Positions 1 through 11,814 of a stretch of 64,000 bases of DNA are shown here, one piece after another. The notes beneath the pieces were generated by a model, which had not been told where the DNA came from, did not search any database, and saw only the letters and a program-made list of their open reading frames with translations. Origin of the DNA: Octopus vulgaris (Eukaryota). Made by a program: the position numbers and the translations under genes. The stretch covers positions 72,292,001 through 72,356,000 of the forward strand of contig OX597821.1 of assembly GCA_951406725.2 (NCBI GenBank). Reading direction: 5' to 3'. How positions within the stretch are numbered: the stretch's first letter is position 1; every line of letters starts with the position of its first letter.

Positions 1-351
1 ATAAATCCAGACACAAGTATTAACAAATTAAGGACAAGCATTAAGTATATAATAGGGCTTTATAGGAATATAAAATGATAATCTCTTGTTTTACTTTGTT
101 TTTTTAATTCTTTATATCCATCATCACCATTACCAACTTGTGTTTTCTACAGCCAGGTGCCCTTCTCGTCACCAATCCTCACCTGTTTCCAAGCAAGTTA
201 ATTTTTCTTCCATGGCCAAACACGTTTTGCTCAGAAAAGTAGAAACCAACAACCTTGCTGGTATGACGCTGATGTTCATTCACAACCATCTTGTGATGTC
301 AAGACAAGGCTATACATAAACACATACCTACATATAAATATATATATATAT

Positions 352-912
352 ATCATCATCATCATCATCATTTAACGTCCGCTTTCCATGCTAGCATGGG
401 TTGGACGGTTCAACTGGGGTCTGGGGAGCCCGAAAGCTGCACCAGTCCAGTCAGATCTGGCAGTGTTTCTACAGCTGGATGCCCTTCCTAACGCCAACCA
501 CTCCGAGAGTGTAGTGGGTGATTTTATGTGCCACCGACACAGGTGCCAGACAAGGCTGGCAAACGGCCACGCTCGGATGGTGTTTTTATGTGCCACCGAC
601 ACAGGTGCCAGATGAGGCTGGCAAACGGCCACGATCAGATGGTGCTTGTTACGTGCCCACAGCACGGAGGCCAGTCGATGCGGTACTGGCTACAGCCACG
701 TTCAGATGGTTTTCTTGTGTGCCACGTGCCACCGGCACTGGTACCACAAAGATACAAATTCCATTGATGTTCATCTAATTTGATTTGTTTTGATTTGACT
801 TTCACTTGCCTCAACAGGTCTTCACAAGTGTCACAAGAAGGAAGGTATGCACAGGTGGACTGACTACGTCCCAGGTAGGGGCCATGGGTTATGGCCTGAC
901 TAGTCTTGCCGG
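352..912 (-). mobile_element. RTE 3'-UTR-derived repeat (one of roughly 30 copies in the window)
   Basis: (CAT)n-TTAACGTCCGCTTTCCATGCTAGCATGGG..CTACAGCTGGATGCCCTTCCTAACGCCAACCACTC; further copies at about 928, 9750, 16715, 23700, 24840, 31330, 47140, 48855, 53580 and 55000. Confidence 0.85.
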
Positions 913-1211
913 GAATAAATTATATATCATCATCTAACATCCGCTTTCCATGCCGGCATGGGGTGGACGATTTGACTGAGGACTGGCGAACCAGACGGCT
1001 GCACTAGGCTCCAATCTGATCTGGCAGAGTTTTTACAGCTGGATGCCCTTCCTAACGCCAACCACTCTGAGAGTGTAGTGGGTGCTTTTACGTGCCACCG
1101 GCATGAGGGCCAGTCAGGCGGTACTGGCAACAGCCATGCTCAAATTATGTTTTTTACATGCCACCAGCACAGGAGCCAATCCAGCAACACTGGCAACGAC
1201 CTCGCTCGAAT

Positions 1212-1255
<44 letters not shown>

Positions 1256-2427
1256 CAACAGGCTTTTTTCCACTCACAGGGTTATAGCAGAAGACACTTG
1301 CCCAAGGTGCCATGCAGTGTGACTAAACCTAGAACCATGTCGTCCACGCCTATGCCTATGTGATAATCATAGATAAAGCTAATATAAAATAATTATGTGA
1401 TAAGGAAGACAATGTTAGCTGAATGCCTGTTATTAGATACTGAGCAAATGTCTTTTCCATACCGCATAATTATTTGGGATTAGGCATCCTAGATAGCATC
1501 AGGAAAAACATCCAGCTGTAGAAACCATACCAAAATAGACAATGGAGCCTGGTACAGCTCCTGTCTAACTGTCCAACCCATGCCAGCATGGAAAACAGAT
1601 GTTAAATGATGAGTTTATACTCTCTGCACTACATATATTAACGTAACTATTGTTAATTCATGCCAAAGAAATTGTGTTATTTCTTCAATTAATGTATTTT
1701 TTAAAAATATTCTTGTTCCAGTTTGCTTGACTTCAAAAATAAAAACAGGTTCCATGCCAACTCCCTCATTAAGCAATTAATTGTGGGAGACCCACTAACT
1801 ACGAAAATAATGGTTTCTTCCTTAAAAAAACTACACAAGAGATGTTGAAATTAGGAATTCCAGCCAGTTAGCTGTCTGGTGCAAGAATATATATTATGTA
1901 TAAAACTAAAGGACATTTCAACATAGAAACAAACAAAAAAAAAAAAACAGTGAATGCGAAAGTTAGAGATTTTAAACATTGGCGAGAGAGAGAGAGAGAA
2001 CTGATCGACTGATTGAAGAACTGGGAACCAAATAAAGAATGAGAAAAATGTCAACAGACAAGAGCACCAACTGTTCTGAATTTCATTTCCATTTTTTTCC
2101 TTTGCTTAAAAAAACTGGAAATTCAAAGACAAAACTGAAATAAATAATTTTTTTTTTAACAGTTACTGTATTTGATGGCAAAAAAGACACACGGGTATTT
2201 TCAATGCACCCCAATTTCAACAGCATGTATTTAGGGGAAAGAGATCTTAGTGCAATGCAGCTTATGGAAAGCCCAACTTCACATATATGACTGAGGGGAT
2301 GTTCTTTTTTTTAGACATTTTCTTAATCGCTGTCAAATATAGTACTTTAGATTCAGTGACTGTTATTCTGTATTAATTAAAAAGGCTATCAATTTTCTAA
2401 TTCATAATATTAATAAATCATACAGAC

Positions 2428-2507
2428 CCTAATATAGGGTTCATATACCACATCTGTTCAGGAACTTGTCTTGGAATTTGGTTAGTTCGTACAGGATGTT
2501 GGTATGG
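2428..2507 (-). CDS. TM9SF4: TM9SF4 coding exon 16 (gene continues left of the window)
   Basis: [26 protein letters not shown](G); CAG acceptor; weak donor GG|GTCTGT, so the 3' boundary is less certain. Confidence 0.9.
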
Positions 2508-2630
2508 CTGGAAAAATAAACAAAAGCAGTTCACTGTAAATAATGAAACTGAGGCAAACGAATCATAAACCAAAGTGAAAAATTTGAGAAATGATAGAAA
2601 TTTGTTGGAGACAAAATATTCCCCACTCAC

Positions 2631-2726
2631 CTGTTTTCTGTAACCAAAATAGTAACCCAAAAAGACCAATGGAAGTGAGATCCCAAACCACATACATAAT
2701 AGTGCAACCATTGTGCTGAATGGAAC
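2631..2726 (-). CDS. TM9SF4: TM9SF4 coding exon 15
   Basis: [32 protein letters not shown]; CAG/GTGAGT; 96 nt. Confidence 0.96.
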
Positions 2727-4040
2727 CTGTAAGAATTAAACAATGGTCAAATTAATATGGAACATCTTATAATAAAAAAAAAAGTAATAAAACAAGAAAA
2801 CAGAACAAACATTTTGAGATAGAAGGTAAATTCTCTAGAATGGAAAATGTATGCTGGGATCATGCACAAGATGGCTTAAGCCTTAACATTTGGTGTGAAT
2901 GTCTTTCGACAGACCTTTTTGGTCATCAGACAAGTTTATCTTGAGTTTCTTAAACAAACCGATGCAAGAACTTCTCTTGTATAAGATTCCTCCAGTCTGT
3001 CTGGATGTAAAACCAAACTCAATACTGCAAGTTAATGTAAGAGAGATCCAACTCTAAGGACCAAAAGCTGTCTACAATGTAACTTGTGCTTAACCTGCAA
3101 TGTTTCTTTACAGCTGAAAGGACTCAACTCTTTGAAAGTAGAGTCTCTTATTTTAAAGTGTCGTTGGGAGGATATGAACCCCTAACCTCTCACTTGGTTG
3201 TATGCCACATTCTCTAACAGACACAGAACAATTGTTTATGTCCATGAAAGGTGAAGTTGAACTCAGTAAGATTTAAAGTGAAAACAAAGTGTTATAACTA
3301 AATAGCACAAGATATTTTATCCAACACTCTTACTATTACACGTTCTATACTCTCCTCTAAAATTCCCTGAATTCACTTCAAACTCTTATGTTTAGTACCA
3401 TATTTGGTTCATGTTATACCTCAGTATTGTGTGCATGCATGCAGTAATGAGCAAACAGGTGCACTGGCCTCTTATAAACCGATCTATGTCTGTAAAATAT
3501 ATATTTTGAATTGTTTGAGCAAATAATGTTTTCTTAACCGAATACCTTTCCTAACACTAACAACCATACATCATCATCGTTTAATGTCCTCCTTCAATAC
3601 TGGCATGGGTGGGACAGTCTGACAGGAGCTGGCCAGGCTGAAGCCTGCACCAGACTTCTGTGACTGTTTCAGCAGAGTTCTTAAAGCTGGATGCCCTTCC
3701 TAACCCCCCTCCCCTCAGCAAAGTGGAATGAATGCTTATTACATGGCACAAGCACAAGTGAGGTCAGTTTTGGCAAGGTTTTTACAGCTGGATGCCCTTC
3801 CAAATGCCAACCACTTTACAGTGAGAACTGGATGCTTTTTAAATGGCACCTGCACTGACAGGGTCACCAAGTACCTTGCAAGACAAAAAAACCCACAAAT
3901 TAATATAAAGGTACAATCAAAATTCTATTAACTTGTATGGTGTATGTAACGGGCTAAAACATTCTCAACAGAATTTTGATAATGCTAATGTTTGATGGAC
4001 TCAAATAACAAATAAAATAGAAATATTTTCCATTACTTAC

Positions 4041-4124
4041 TGCTCCTGATGAATGTTTTCCCCAAATGAAGAAATTTAAAATAAAACAAGTTCCAAAAAG
4101 GATTCCAGGATAAAATGTTCCTGT
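4041..4124 (-). CDS. TM9SF4: TM9SF4 coding exon 14
   Basis: [28 protein letters not shown]; CAG/GTAAGT; 84 nt. Confidence 0.95.
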
Positions 4125-4304
4125 CTGTAAAAATGAAAATCGTACATTGTATGTTTCAATTAAAAAGCAAGTGATGAAGAGATAAAAAGGAAAAAAAGGA
4201 AGAAAGAAAAGACTGAAAAAGATAACAGGATAAAAAGTAAAAACATAGCAATAATTAAATAAATAAATGTGTACTTAGAAGGAAAACTGACAAATTATAA
4301 ATCC

Positions 4305-5215
4305 ATTCAGGCAGATGGCCCTGCTCAATATGTAGAAAAGGCATTAGGTAGAAACTCCATATGGTGTACCTGGTGCAAGCTATGGACACATGAGAGGTGC
4401 AGCAATATTGGAGGAAGGTTAACAGGGAAAATAGTCTTTTTGTGTGGCAGATACACAGGTACAATAAACACTACAAAATGTACAGAAAATAGACCCCTCA
4501 AATGCCAGTGGGGATACATAGAAGTAGTTGATAGCATATGTTATTTAGGTGACCAAGTCAGCAGTGGAGGTGAGTGCTCTGAGAGTGTAGCTGTTAGAAT
4601 AAGAATGAGCTGGGCAAAGTTCAGAGAGCTTCTACCTTTATTGGCAACTAAGGACCTCTCCCTCACAGTGAAAGGTAGATTGTATGATGCCTATATGCAA
4701 ACAGCCATGCTACACAGCAGTAAAACATGAGCTGTGACTGTAAGCATCTTGAGAGAAAAACTGGGCATAAGAGGCATCAGATGGGGTGTGAAAGAGACGC
4801 GTATGTTGGTGTGGTCAAGTGATGTGTATGGTTGAGGACAGCTGTGTAAAAAAGTGTCAATCTCTAACCGTGGAGGGAACATGTGGAAGACATAGACCCA
4901 GGAAGATGTAGGATGGGGAAGTGAAGACATAGATCCAGGAAGATGTGGGATGAGGTGGTGAAGCCTTATGGAGGGGATGACTAGTGACCGAGACCTTTAG
5001 CGATATGCTGTGCTTGAGAAGACTCGTCAAGCCAAGTGGAATTGTTTGAAAATAGTTGGGGCTGGTACAGGTGACATATGCCAGTGCCACATAAAAGCAC
5101 TGACTCCAGTGACACATGGAGGCACCCACTACACTCTCAAGAGTGGCTGGCATTAGGAAGGGCATCCCAGCTGTAGAAACCAAACCGAAACAGACTGGAA
5201 CATGATGCAGTCAAA
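4305..5215 (+). mobile_element. RTE LINE 3' fragment
   Basis: CTWCKLWTHERC..YLGDQVSSGG..RIRMSWAKFRELLPLL; runs into the family 3' UTR. Confidence 0.85.
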
Positions 5216-5307
5216 CCACCTTAACCATAGTAGCAGGTATTAAATGTTGATGATGATAATATATAAATATCATGAGGGGGGGGGAGAAAGAGAGAGAGAG
5301 AGAGAGG

Positions 5308-5339
<32 letters not shown>

Positions 5340-5906
5340 AAGAGAGAATGAAAGAAAGAGAGAGAGAAAGAAAGAGAGAGAGAGAGAGAGCGGTTCTTTC
5401 CAATTATATTGTATGAATGAGGTCAACCCATTGATTGAATCAAGAATAATGAAACTTGTTTTCAAAAACATCTCTCTCTCTCTCTCCCCCTCTCTCTTTC
5501 TCTCTCTCTTTCTCTCTCTCTCCTTTTCTCTTATTATTATATACATTATTAGCATATTTGCAAATCTACATTTTGGGATTGGGAAAAGTGAAATAAATGT
5601 GGTGAACTCATTGACATTAAATTGCAATTCAAGAAGTTAATCTTGAATTCAGCTGATATTTTCAAAGGAGTAGAGGAGGGAGATAGAGGAAGTATATTGT
5701 GATGATCGGAATTCTAATTCAGTTCTTGGAGATGACACCTGTGTGTGTGTGTGTGTGTGTGTGTACATACACACACACACACACATTGTGTGTATATGTT
5801 TATGTTTATTTATAGGTAAGTATATGTATGTGTGTATACAGGTAAGTACATATTTGTATTATACATACACACACACATATATATATACACATGTATATAT
5901 ATAAAA

Positions 5907-6895
5907 AAAATCAAACAAAATCAAAATAGATGAACATCAATGGAATTTGTATCTTTGTGGTACCAGTGCCGGTGGCACACAAGAATACCATCCGAACGTG
6001 GCCGTAGCCAGTACCGCACCGACTGGCCTCCATGCTGAGGGCACGTAACAATCACCATCCAATAGTGGCCGATCGCCAGCCTAATCTGGCTCCTGTGTCG
6101 GTGGCACATAAAAAAACACCATCCGAGCGTGGTCGTCTGCTAGCCTTGTCTGGCACCTGTGTCGGTGGCACATAAAAACACCATCCGAGCGTGGCCGTTC
6201 GCCAGCCTCGTCTGGCACCTGTGTCGGTGGCACATAAAAAACACCATCCGAGCGTGGTCGTCTGCTAGCCTTGTCTGGCACCTGTGTCGGTGGCACATAA
6301 AAACACCATCCGAGCGTGGCCGTTCACCAGCCTCGTCTGGCACCTGTGTCGGTGGCACATAAAAACACCATCCGAGCGTGGTCGTCTGCTAGCCTTGTCT
6401 GGCACCTGTGTCGGTGGCACATAAAAACACCATCCGAGCGTGGCCGTTCGCCAGCCTCGTCTGGCACCTGTGTCGGTGGCACATAAAAAACACCATCCGA
6501 GCGTGGTCGTCTGCTAGCCTTGCCTGGCACCTGTGTCGGTGGCACATAAAAACACCATCCAAGCGTGGCCGTTCGCCAGCCTCGTCTGGCACCTGTGTCG
6601 GTGGCACATAAAAACACCATCCGAGCGTGGTCGTCTGCCAGCCTTGTCTGGCACCTGTGTCGGTGGCACATAAAAACACCATCCGAGCGTGGCCGTTCGC
6701 CAGCCTCGTCTGGCACCTGTGTCGGTGGCACATAAAATCACCCACTACACTCTCGGAGTGGTTGGCGTTAGGAAGGGCATCCAGCTGTAGAAACACTGCC
6801 AGATCTGACTGGCCTGGTGCAGCCTTCGGGCCCCCCAGACACCAGTTGAACCGTCCAACCCATGCTAGCATGGAAAGCGGACGTATGATGATGAT
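5907..6895 (+). mobile_element. RTE 3'-UTR-derived repeat with an expanded internal array
   Basis: Reverse complement of the 352-800 copy, with (GAT)n tail at about 6886-6895. Confidence 0.85.
6086..6737 (+). repeat. Minisatellite: 10+ units of ~62 bp in strict two-variant alternation
   Basis: CTGGCACCTGTGTCGGTGGCACATAAAAACACCATCCGAGCG followed alternately by TGGTCGTCTGCTAGCCTTGT and TGGCCGTTCGCCAGCCTCGT. Confidence 0.95.
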
Positions 6896-6953
6896 GTGTG
6901 TATACAGGTAAGTACATATATGTATTATACACACACACACACCTGTGAATATG

Positions 6954-7011
<58 letters not shown>

Positions 7012-7939
7012 TAAATGTTGAATGATGAAAATGAGTGCTCAACAGCACATTGGTGGATAGAATTTATTTGTGTATTAAGGCTACCATTGGTTTCATGTTA
7101 AGAAAAACAGGAAGATATCTTAATACCTTAACAATTTTTCAAGCCAATCACACAGAAGAATGGTGTCCATCTTCATTTTGGATAAAAACGTGTATGTATA
7201 TTTATATATGACATATATGTGTATGTTTTTGTATGTGAATATATTTGTATGCATATGTATGTGTGTTTATATGTATATACATCATTATGTGATTATATGC
7301 ATTTATGTGTGTATATTTTATATGTATTGTGTGTGTGTGTCTGTGTGTGCATGCATGTGTGTGCATGCATGTGTGTGTATATGTACCAGCACTGAAGAAA
7401 ATGTAGGAGCCATAACCTCAATATTGATTTATAACCTAGGTGTAAGGTTTGGAATCTACATCAGCTTCATACAGGTTTCAAGCATAGGCCAGAGACCACA
7501 AAGTTTTGAGAAAGGACCAATCAATAGGCACAATCCCAGTATATGACTGGTACTTATTTGATCAACACTAGAAAGGTAAAGCTTGCTTTGGTAGGGTTTG
7601 AAACTGATAACATAAAAACTGCAAGGCACCATAGCCAAAATAATTCTGCCAATGCACCAGTTAATTTCGGTTCCAAATTTTGGCACATGGCCAGCAACTT
7701 TTTAGCGGGGTGGCGGGAGTCAACTGCATCAAGCCAAGTATTTGATTGATGCTAATTTTATTGATCCAGGAAAGATGAAAGGCAAAGCCGACATTAGTGA
7801 AATTTGAACTCAGAACACTAAGGACAAACAAAATACCACTATGCTAATGAGCCTGCAATCTTATCATTAATTAATATTAAAAACATTTAACCTTTTACGC
7901 ACAAGTTTTTAAATAAAGAGAAAAAAACCCCAACAATAC

Positions 7940-8015
7940 CTGAAATGCTGCTTTTTTCCACTGGTTACCTTTCATGGTTTTATAGAGCCGAGCCGAAAAA
8001 TAGCCAGCAATTAAC
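7940..8015 (-). CDS. TM9SF4: TM9SF4 coding exon 13
   Basis: LIAGYFSARLYKTMKGNQWKKAAFQ; CAG/GTATTG; 76 nt. Confidence 0.94.
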
Positions 8016-8092
8016 CTGAAGAAGAACACGTTTATGATAGTGAAACTGAGAATGCATTAATCCCGAATATAACGACATCTATAGCTACGGGA

Positions 8093-8141
<49 letters not shown>

Positions 8142-8148
8142 TTCCATA

Positions 8149-8386
8149 CAGGGGTGTGCAAAAGTAGGTATACAGTAAGTATCGCACCAATGTTATCATA
8201 CTTAATTCATTAAAATTATTAACACATTAAATTGGTTAGCCTCATTTTTTGATATTTTCAGTGTCATTAGTTATAATAATATATTTATCATAACTATAAT
8301 AATAATTTTATTGTAACTTATAAAGTTTTAGATAAAAACAAATGAGTATTTTTTTCATAAGTGTATACCTACTTTTGCACCCCCTG
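8149..8386. mobile_element. Tc1/mariner-type MITE
   Basis: TA-CAGGGGTGTGCAAAAGTAGGTATAC ... GTATACCTACTTTTGCACCCCCTG-TA. Confidence 0.85.
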
Positions 8387-8397
8387 TATATGTATAT

Positions 8398-9236
8398 CAT
8401 CATCATCATCGTCCATTTTCCATGATGGTATGGGTTGGACAGTTTGACAGATCTGGAGAGCCAGCAGCTGCACTAGGCTCCAATCTGATCTGGCAAGGTT
8501 TCTACAGCTAGATGCCCTTCCTAATGCCAACCACTCAGAGTGTAGTGGGTGCTTTTTACGTTCCACCAGCACGGAAGCCAGTCAGGTGGTCCTGGCATCA
8601 ATCACATTCTGATGGTGCCTTTTACGTGCCACCAGCACAGGAGCCAGTCAGGCAGACCTGGCATTAACCATATTTGGATGGTGCTTTTTACATGCCACTG
8701 GCACGGGAGCCAGTCTGGGAGTACTGGCATCGGCCGCATTCATTTGGTACTTTTTACGTGTCACCAGTATGGGGACCAGTCAGACCTGGCATCAAACACG
8801 GACGGATGGTGCAGTATACATCCTACCAGCACAGGAGCCAGTGAGGGGGCACTGGCCCCAGCTTTGATATTAGTTTTACTTGACTCAACAGGTCTTCTCA
8901 AGCATATCATATCGCCTGACACATCAGGGGTACTCTTAACAAGGCTGGGCATGCATGGCTGCGATCTCACTTTAGTTGCCAGGTCTTCTCAATCACAACA
9001 TATCTCCAAATGTCCTGGTCTCCTGTCATTGCCTCTGTGAGGCACAATGTTTGAAGGTCATGCTTAACCACCTCATCCCATGTCTTCCTCTCACAGCTGT
9101 CTGCATTCATACATAACACATGACCATACCAGCACAGTTGCCTCTCTCGCACACCACATTTAAAGCTTCTTATGCCCAACTTTTCTCTCAGGGCACTTAC
9201 ACTCTCTCGTGTATGCACACTGACATTACCCATCCA
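8398..9236 (-). mobile_element. RTE LINE 3' end
   Basis: ALREKLGIRSFKCGVRERQLCWYGHV..KTWDEVVKHDL plus UTR units and (CAT)n tail. Confidence 0.85.
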
Positions 9237-9272
<36 letters not shown>

Positions 9273-9356
9273 ATAGAAATGGTAATATAACAAAAGAATG
9301 AAAGAGACCTCGATATGTAAATAGAGGAATTTATTTGTAAATGTAATATTTGGCCG

Positions 9357-9417
9357 GATAACTGAAGAGATGTCAGTGTGGATTTCTACCCCGACATCCG
9401 AAACTCAGAGTTTTATC
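9357..9417 (+). ncRNA. Type I minimal hammerhead ribozyme candidate in a Penelope-like terminal repeat remnant (9271-9450)
   Basis: GATAA-CTGAAGA-GATGTC..GACATC-C-GAAA-CTCAGAG-TT-TTATC: stem I, canonical core, stem II, GAAA, near-palindromic stem III, GUU site. Confidence 0.7.
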
Positions 9418-11383
9418 ATGGCTACCGAATAATTGTCACACATTACAGTTATATATATATATATAAAATCATCATTTTACATCCACTTTACCACGCTTTA
9501 CCATGTTGGACAGTTCTTCGAAGTCCATTCAAGTCTACCCTTCTACCCTATGAAATGGGCCAGCTGGAAGCTCTCCCTATCACAAAACTATTTTACAGAG
9601 TGAACTGGGTGCATTTTGTCATGGTACCAGCTGCAGACAAGTTGTCTAACGGACCTTTCTATCCTCATTTGTCTCCTTTCGACCATTCACCATTCCCTGG
9701 AAGAACAACAGCTCTTCTCTTTGTTCATTTGTTCCTTTCTCTGCCTTCCGTGCCAGTGGCACATAAAAAGCACCAACCGATCATGGCCATCACCAGCCTC
9801 GCCTGGCACCTGTGCTGGTGGCATGTAAAAAGCACCAACTACACTCACATAGTGGTTGGCGTTAGGAAGGGCATCCAGCTGTAGAAACACTGCCAGATCA
9901 GACTGGTGCCTGGTGGAACTTCCTGGCTTCCCAGACCCCAGTTGAACCATCCAACCCATGCTAGCATGGAAAACGGATGTTAAACGATGATGATTTGAGT
10001 GAGTAGAAAGAGATATTCCCTATCACATCATCATGCATTGCTATAAGAGGTGGTGTCGGGGAAGAAACAGTGGGTGATAGAAGATATCCAGAGTGTGAGA
10101 GGGGTGAGATGGCGAGAGAGGAGAAAGTAATGGATGAGAGTGCAAGAGAATATAAGAAGAGGCAAGAGAGAATGACCAGGAATGGTGAGAATAAGAGGAG
10201 GAGGAGAAAGATTAAGGAGAGAACCAGGCTGAAAGGAGTATGATGGAGGTATGAGAGAGGAGGGCAGAAGAAAGAGGTAAAAGAGAGAGACAAGATGATG
10301 TGAGAGAGGAGGGGGGGGAGAAAAATCATTTGAGGAATGGAAGTCAACTGAGATCACAAGTATATGTGATGAAAATATTTATGGCAAACAAGCTAATTAA
10401 TGGACTAATTATCAATAGAGGAATGAACTGTAACCAGTTTCATTATCGGTAGAATGTTCCTCCAAAAGGACAATGAGAGGGAGAGAGACAAGCTGAGTGG
10501 CCTAAAAGTCTGAAGCCATAGAAAATTTGCTGTGTGTGTGTTTGTCCTCACCACCATCGCTTGACAACCGATGTTGGTGTATTTACGTCCCTGTAATTTA
10601 GCGGTTTGGCAAAAGAGACAGATAGAATAAGTACTAGGCTTACAAAGGATAAGTCCAGGAGATGATTTGTTCGACTGAAGGCAATGCTCCAGCATGTCCG
10701 CAGTCAAATGACAGAAACAAGTAAAAGAATAAAAAAATAACTTGGCCATCACAATGGTATACAAGGCTGGAGATGAAAACCAAACAAGTATTACAAGCAA
10801 TGGAACCATCTAAGAATTGAATGGCTTCTGAGGATCATCATCATCATCATTTAACTTCCAGTAATTAGAAACATCAAAATATACCAAGAAATATTCTTTT
10901 CTACTCTAGGCACAAGGCCCGAAATTTTTGGGGAGGGGGCCAGTCGATTAAATCGACCCTAGTACTCAACTCAACTGGAACTTAATTTATCGAACCCCAA
11001 AAGGATGAAAGACAAAGTCGTCCTTGGCGGAATTTGAACTCAGAACATAAAGGTAGACGAAAAACTTATTTCTTTACTATCCACAAAAGGCTAAACATAG
11101 AGGGGACAAACAAGGACAGATAAACAGATTAAGTCAATTATATTGATCCCAGTGCGTAACTGGTACTTATTTAATCGACCTCGAAAGGATGAAAGGCAAA
11201 GTCGACCTCGGCGTAATTTGAACTCAGAACGTAGTGGCAGACGAAATACCGCTAAGCATTTTTTCCAGCGTGCTAACATTCCAGCCAGCTCACCGCCTTC
11301 CAAGAAATATTAATTCATCAACGATAACAAAAAGAATTTTTGCAAAGGAAATAGCAAAAGCAACGGCAAAACAAGAAACTTAC

Positions 11384-11465
11384 CCAAGGAAGACAAAAAG
11401 GAAAATGGCAGCTGTCATCAGAGCTCCTCGTGAGGCTGGAGATAACATACCAAGCATTGCAAAAA
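11384..11465 (-). CDS. TM9SF4: TM9SF4 coding exon 12
   Basis: (F)[26 protein letters not shown](G); TAG/GTAAGT; 82 nt. Confidence 0.95.
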
Positions 11466-11814
11466 CTACAAGAAAAAAGAAAAAACAAAATGAGACATTA
11501 GTTATGGATTATACTTCTACTTGTATTCGTTTACGACAGAGGTTCTCAAACTTTCTGGGCCACCGCCCCCACCTCATGGCCACATAATACCCTCAGCGCC
11601 CCCACCCCTATTTTTATGTATAAATAAATATTTTATATTTTACTAATTTATATATACTATGAATCATTTGATATTTAATATAATACTATATAATTTGTAT
11701 ACTATACTATAATAATATAATAAATTCATAGTGTCCCCCAATCAATCCACTGCCTTCCTCCTAATGCCTCCTTTTTCTCTACCTCCCACACCTGCTGCCC
11801 CCTTAGGCACCAGT

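Noticed and set aside
388-1287. Short ORFs such as [22 protein letters not shown] and YIYIYI throughout the window
   Set aside because: Translations of the repeated LINE UTR and microsatellites, not genes.
5287-5530. (GA)n/(TC)n inverted pair as a structured RNA
   Set aside because: Low-complexity microsatellites; complementarity is expected by chance.
6086-6737. CRISPR-like array
   Set aside because: No unique spacers, only two alternating variants; no cas genes; eukaryotic LINE UTR context.
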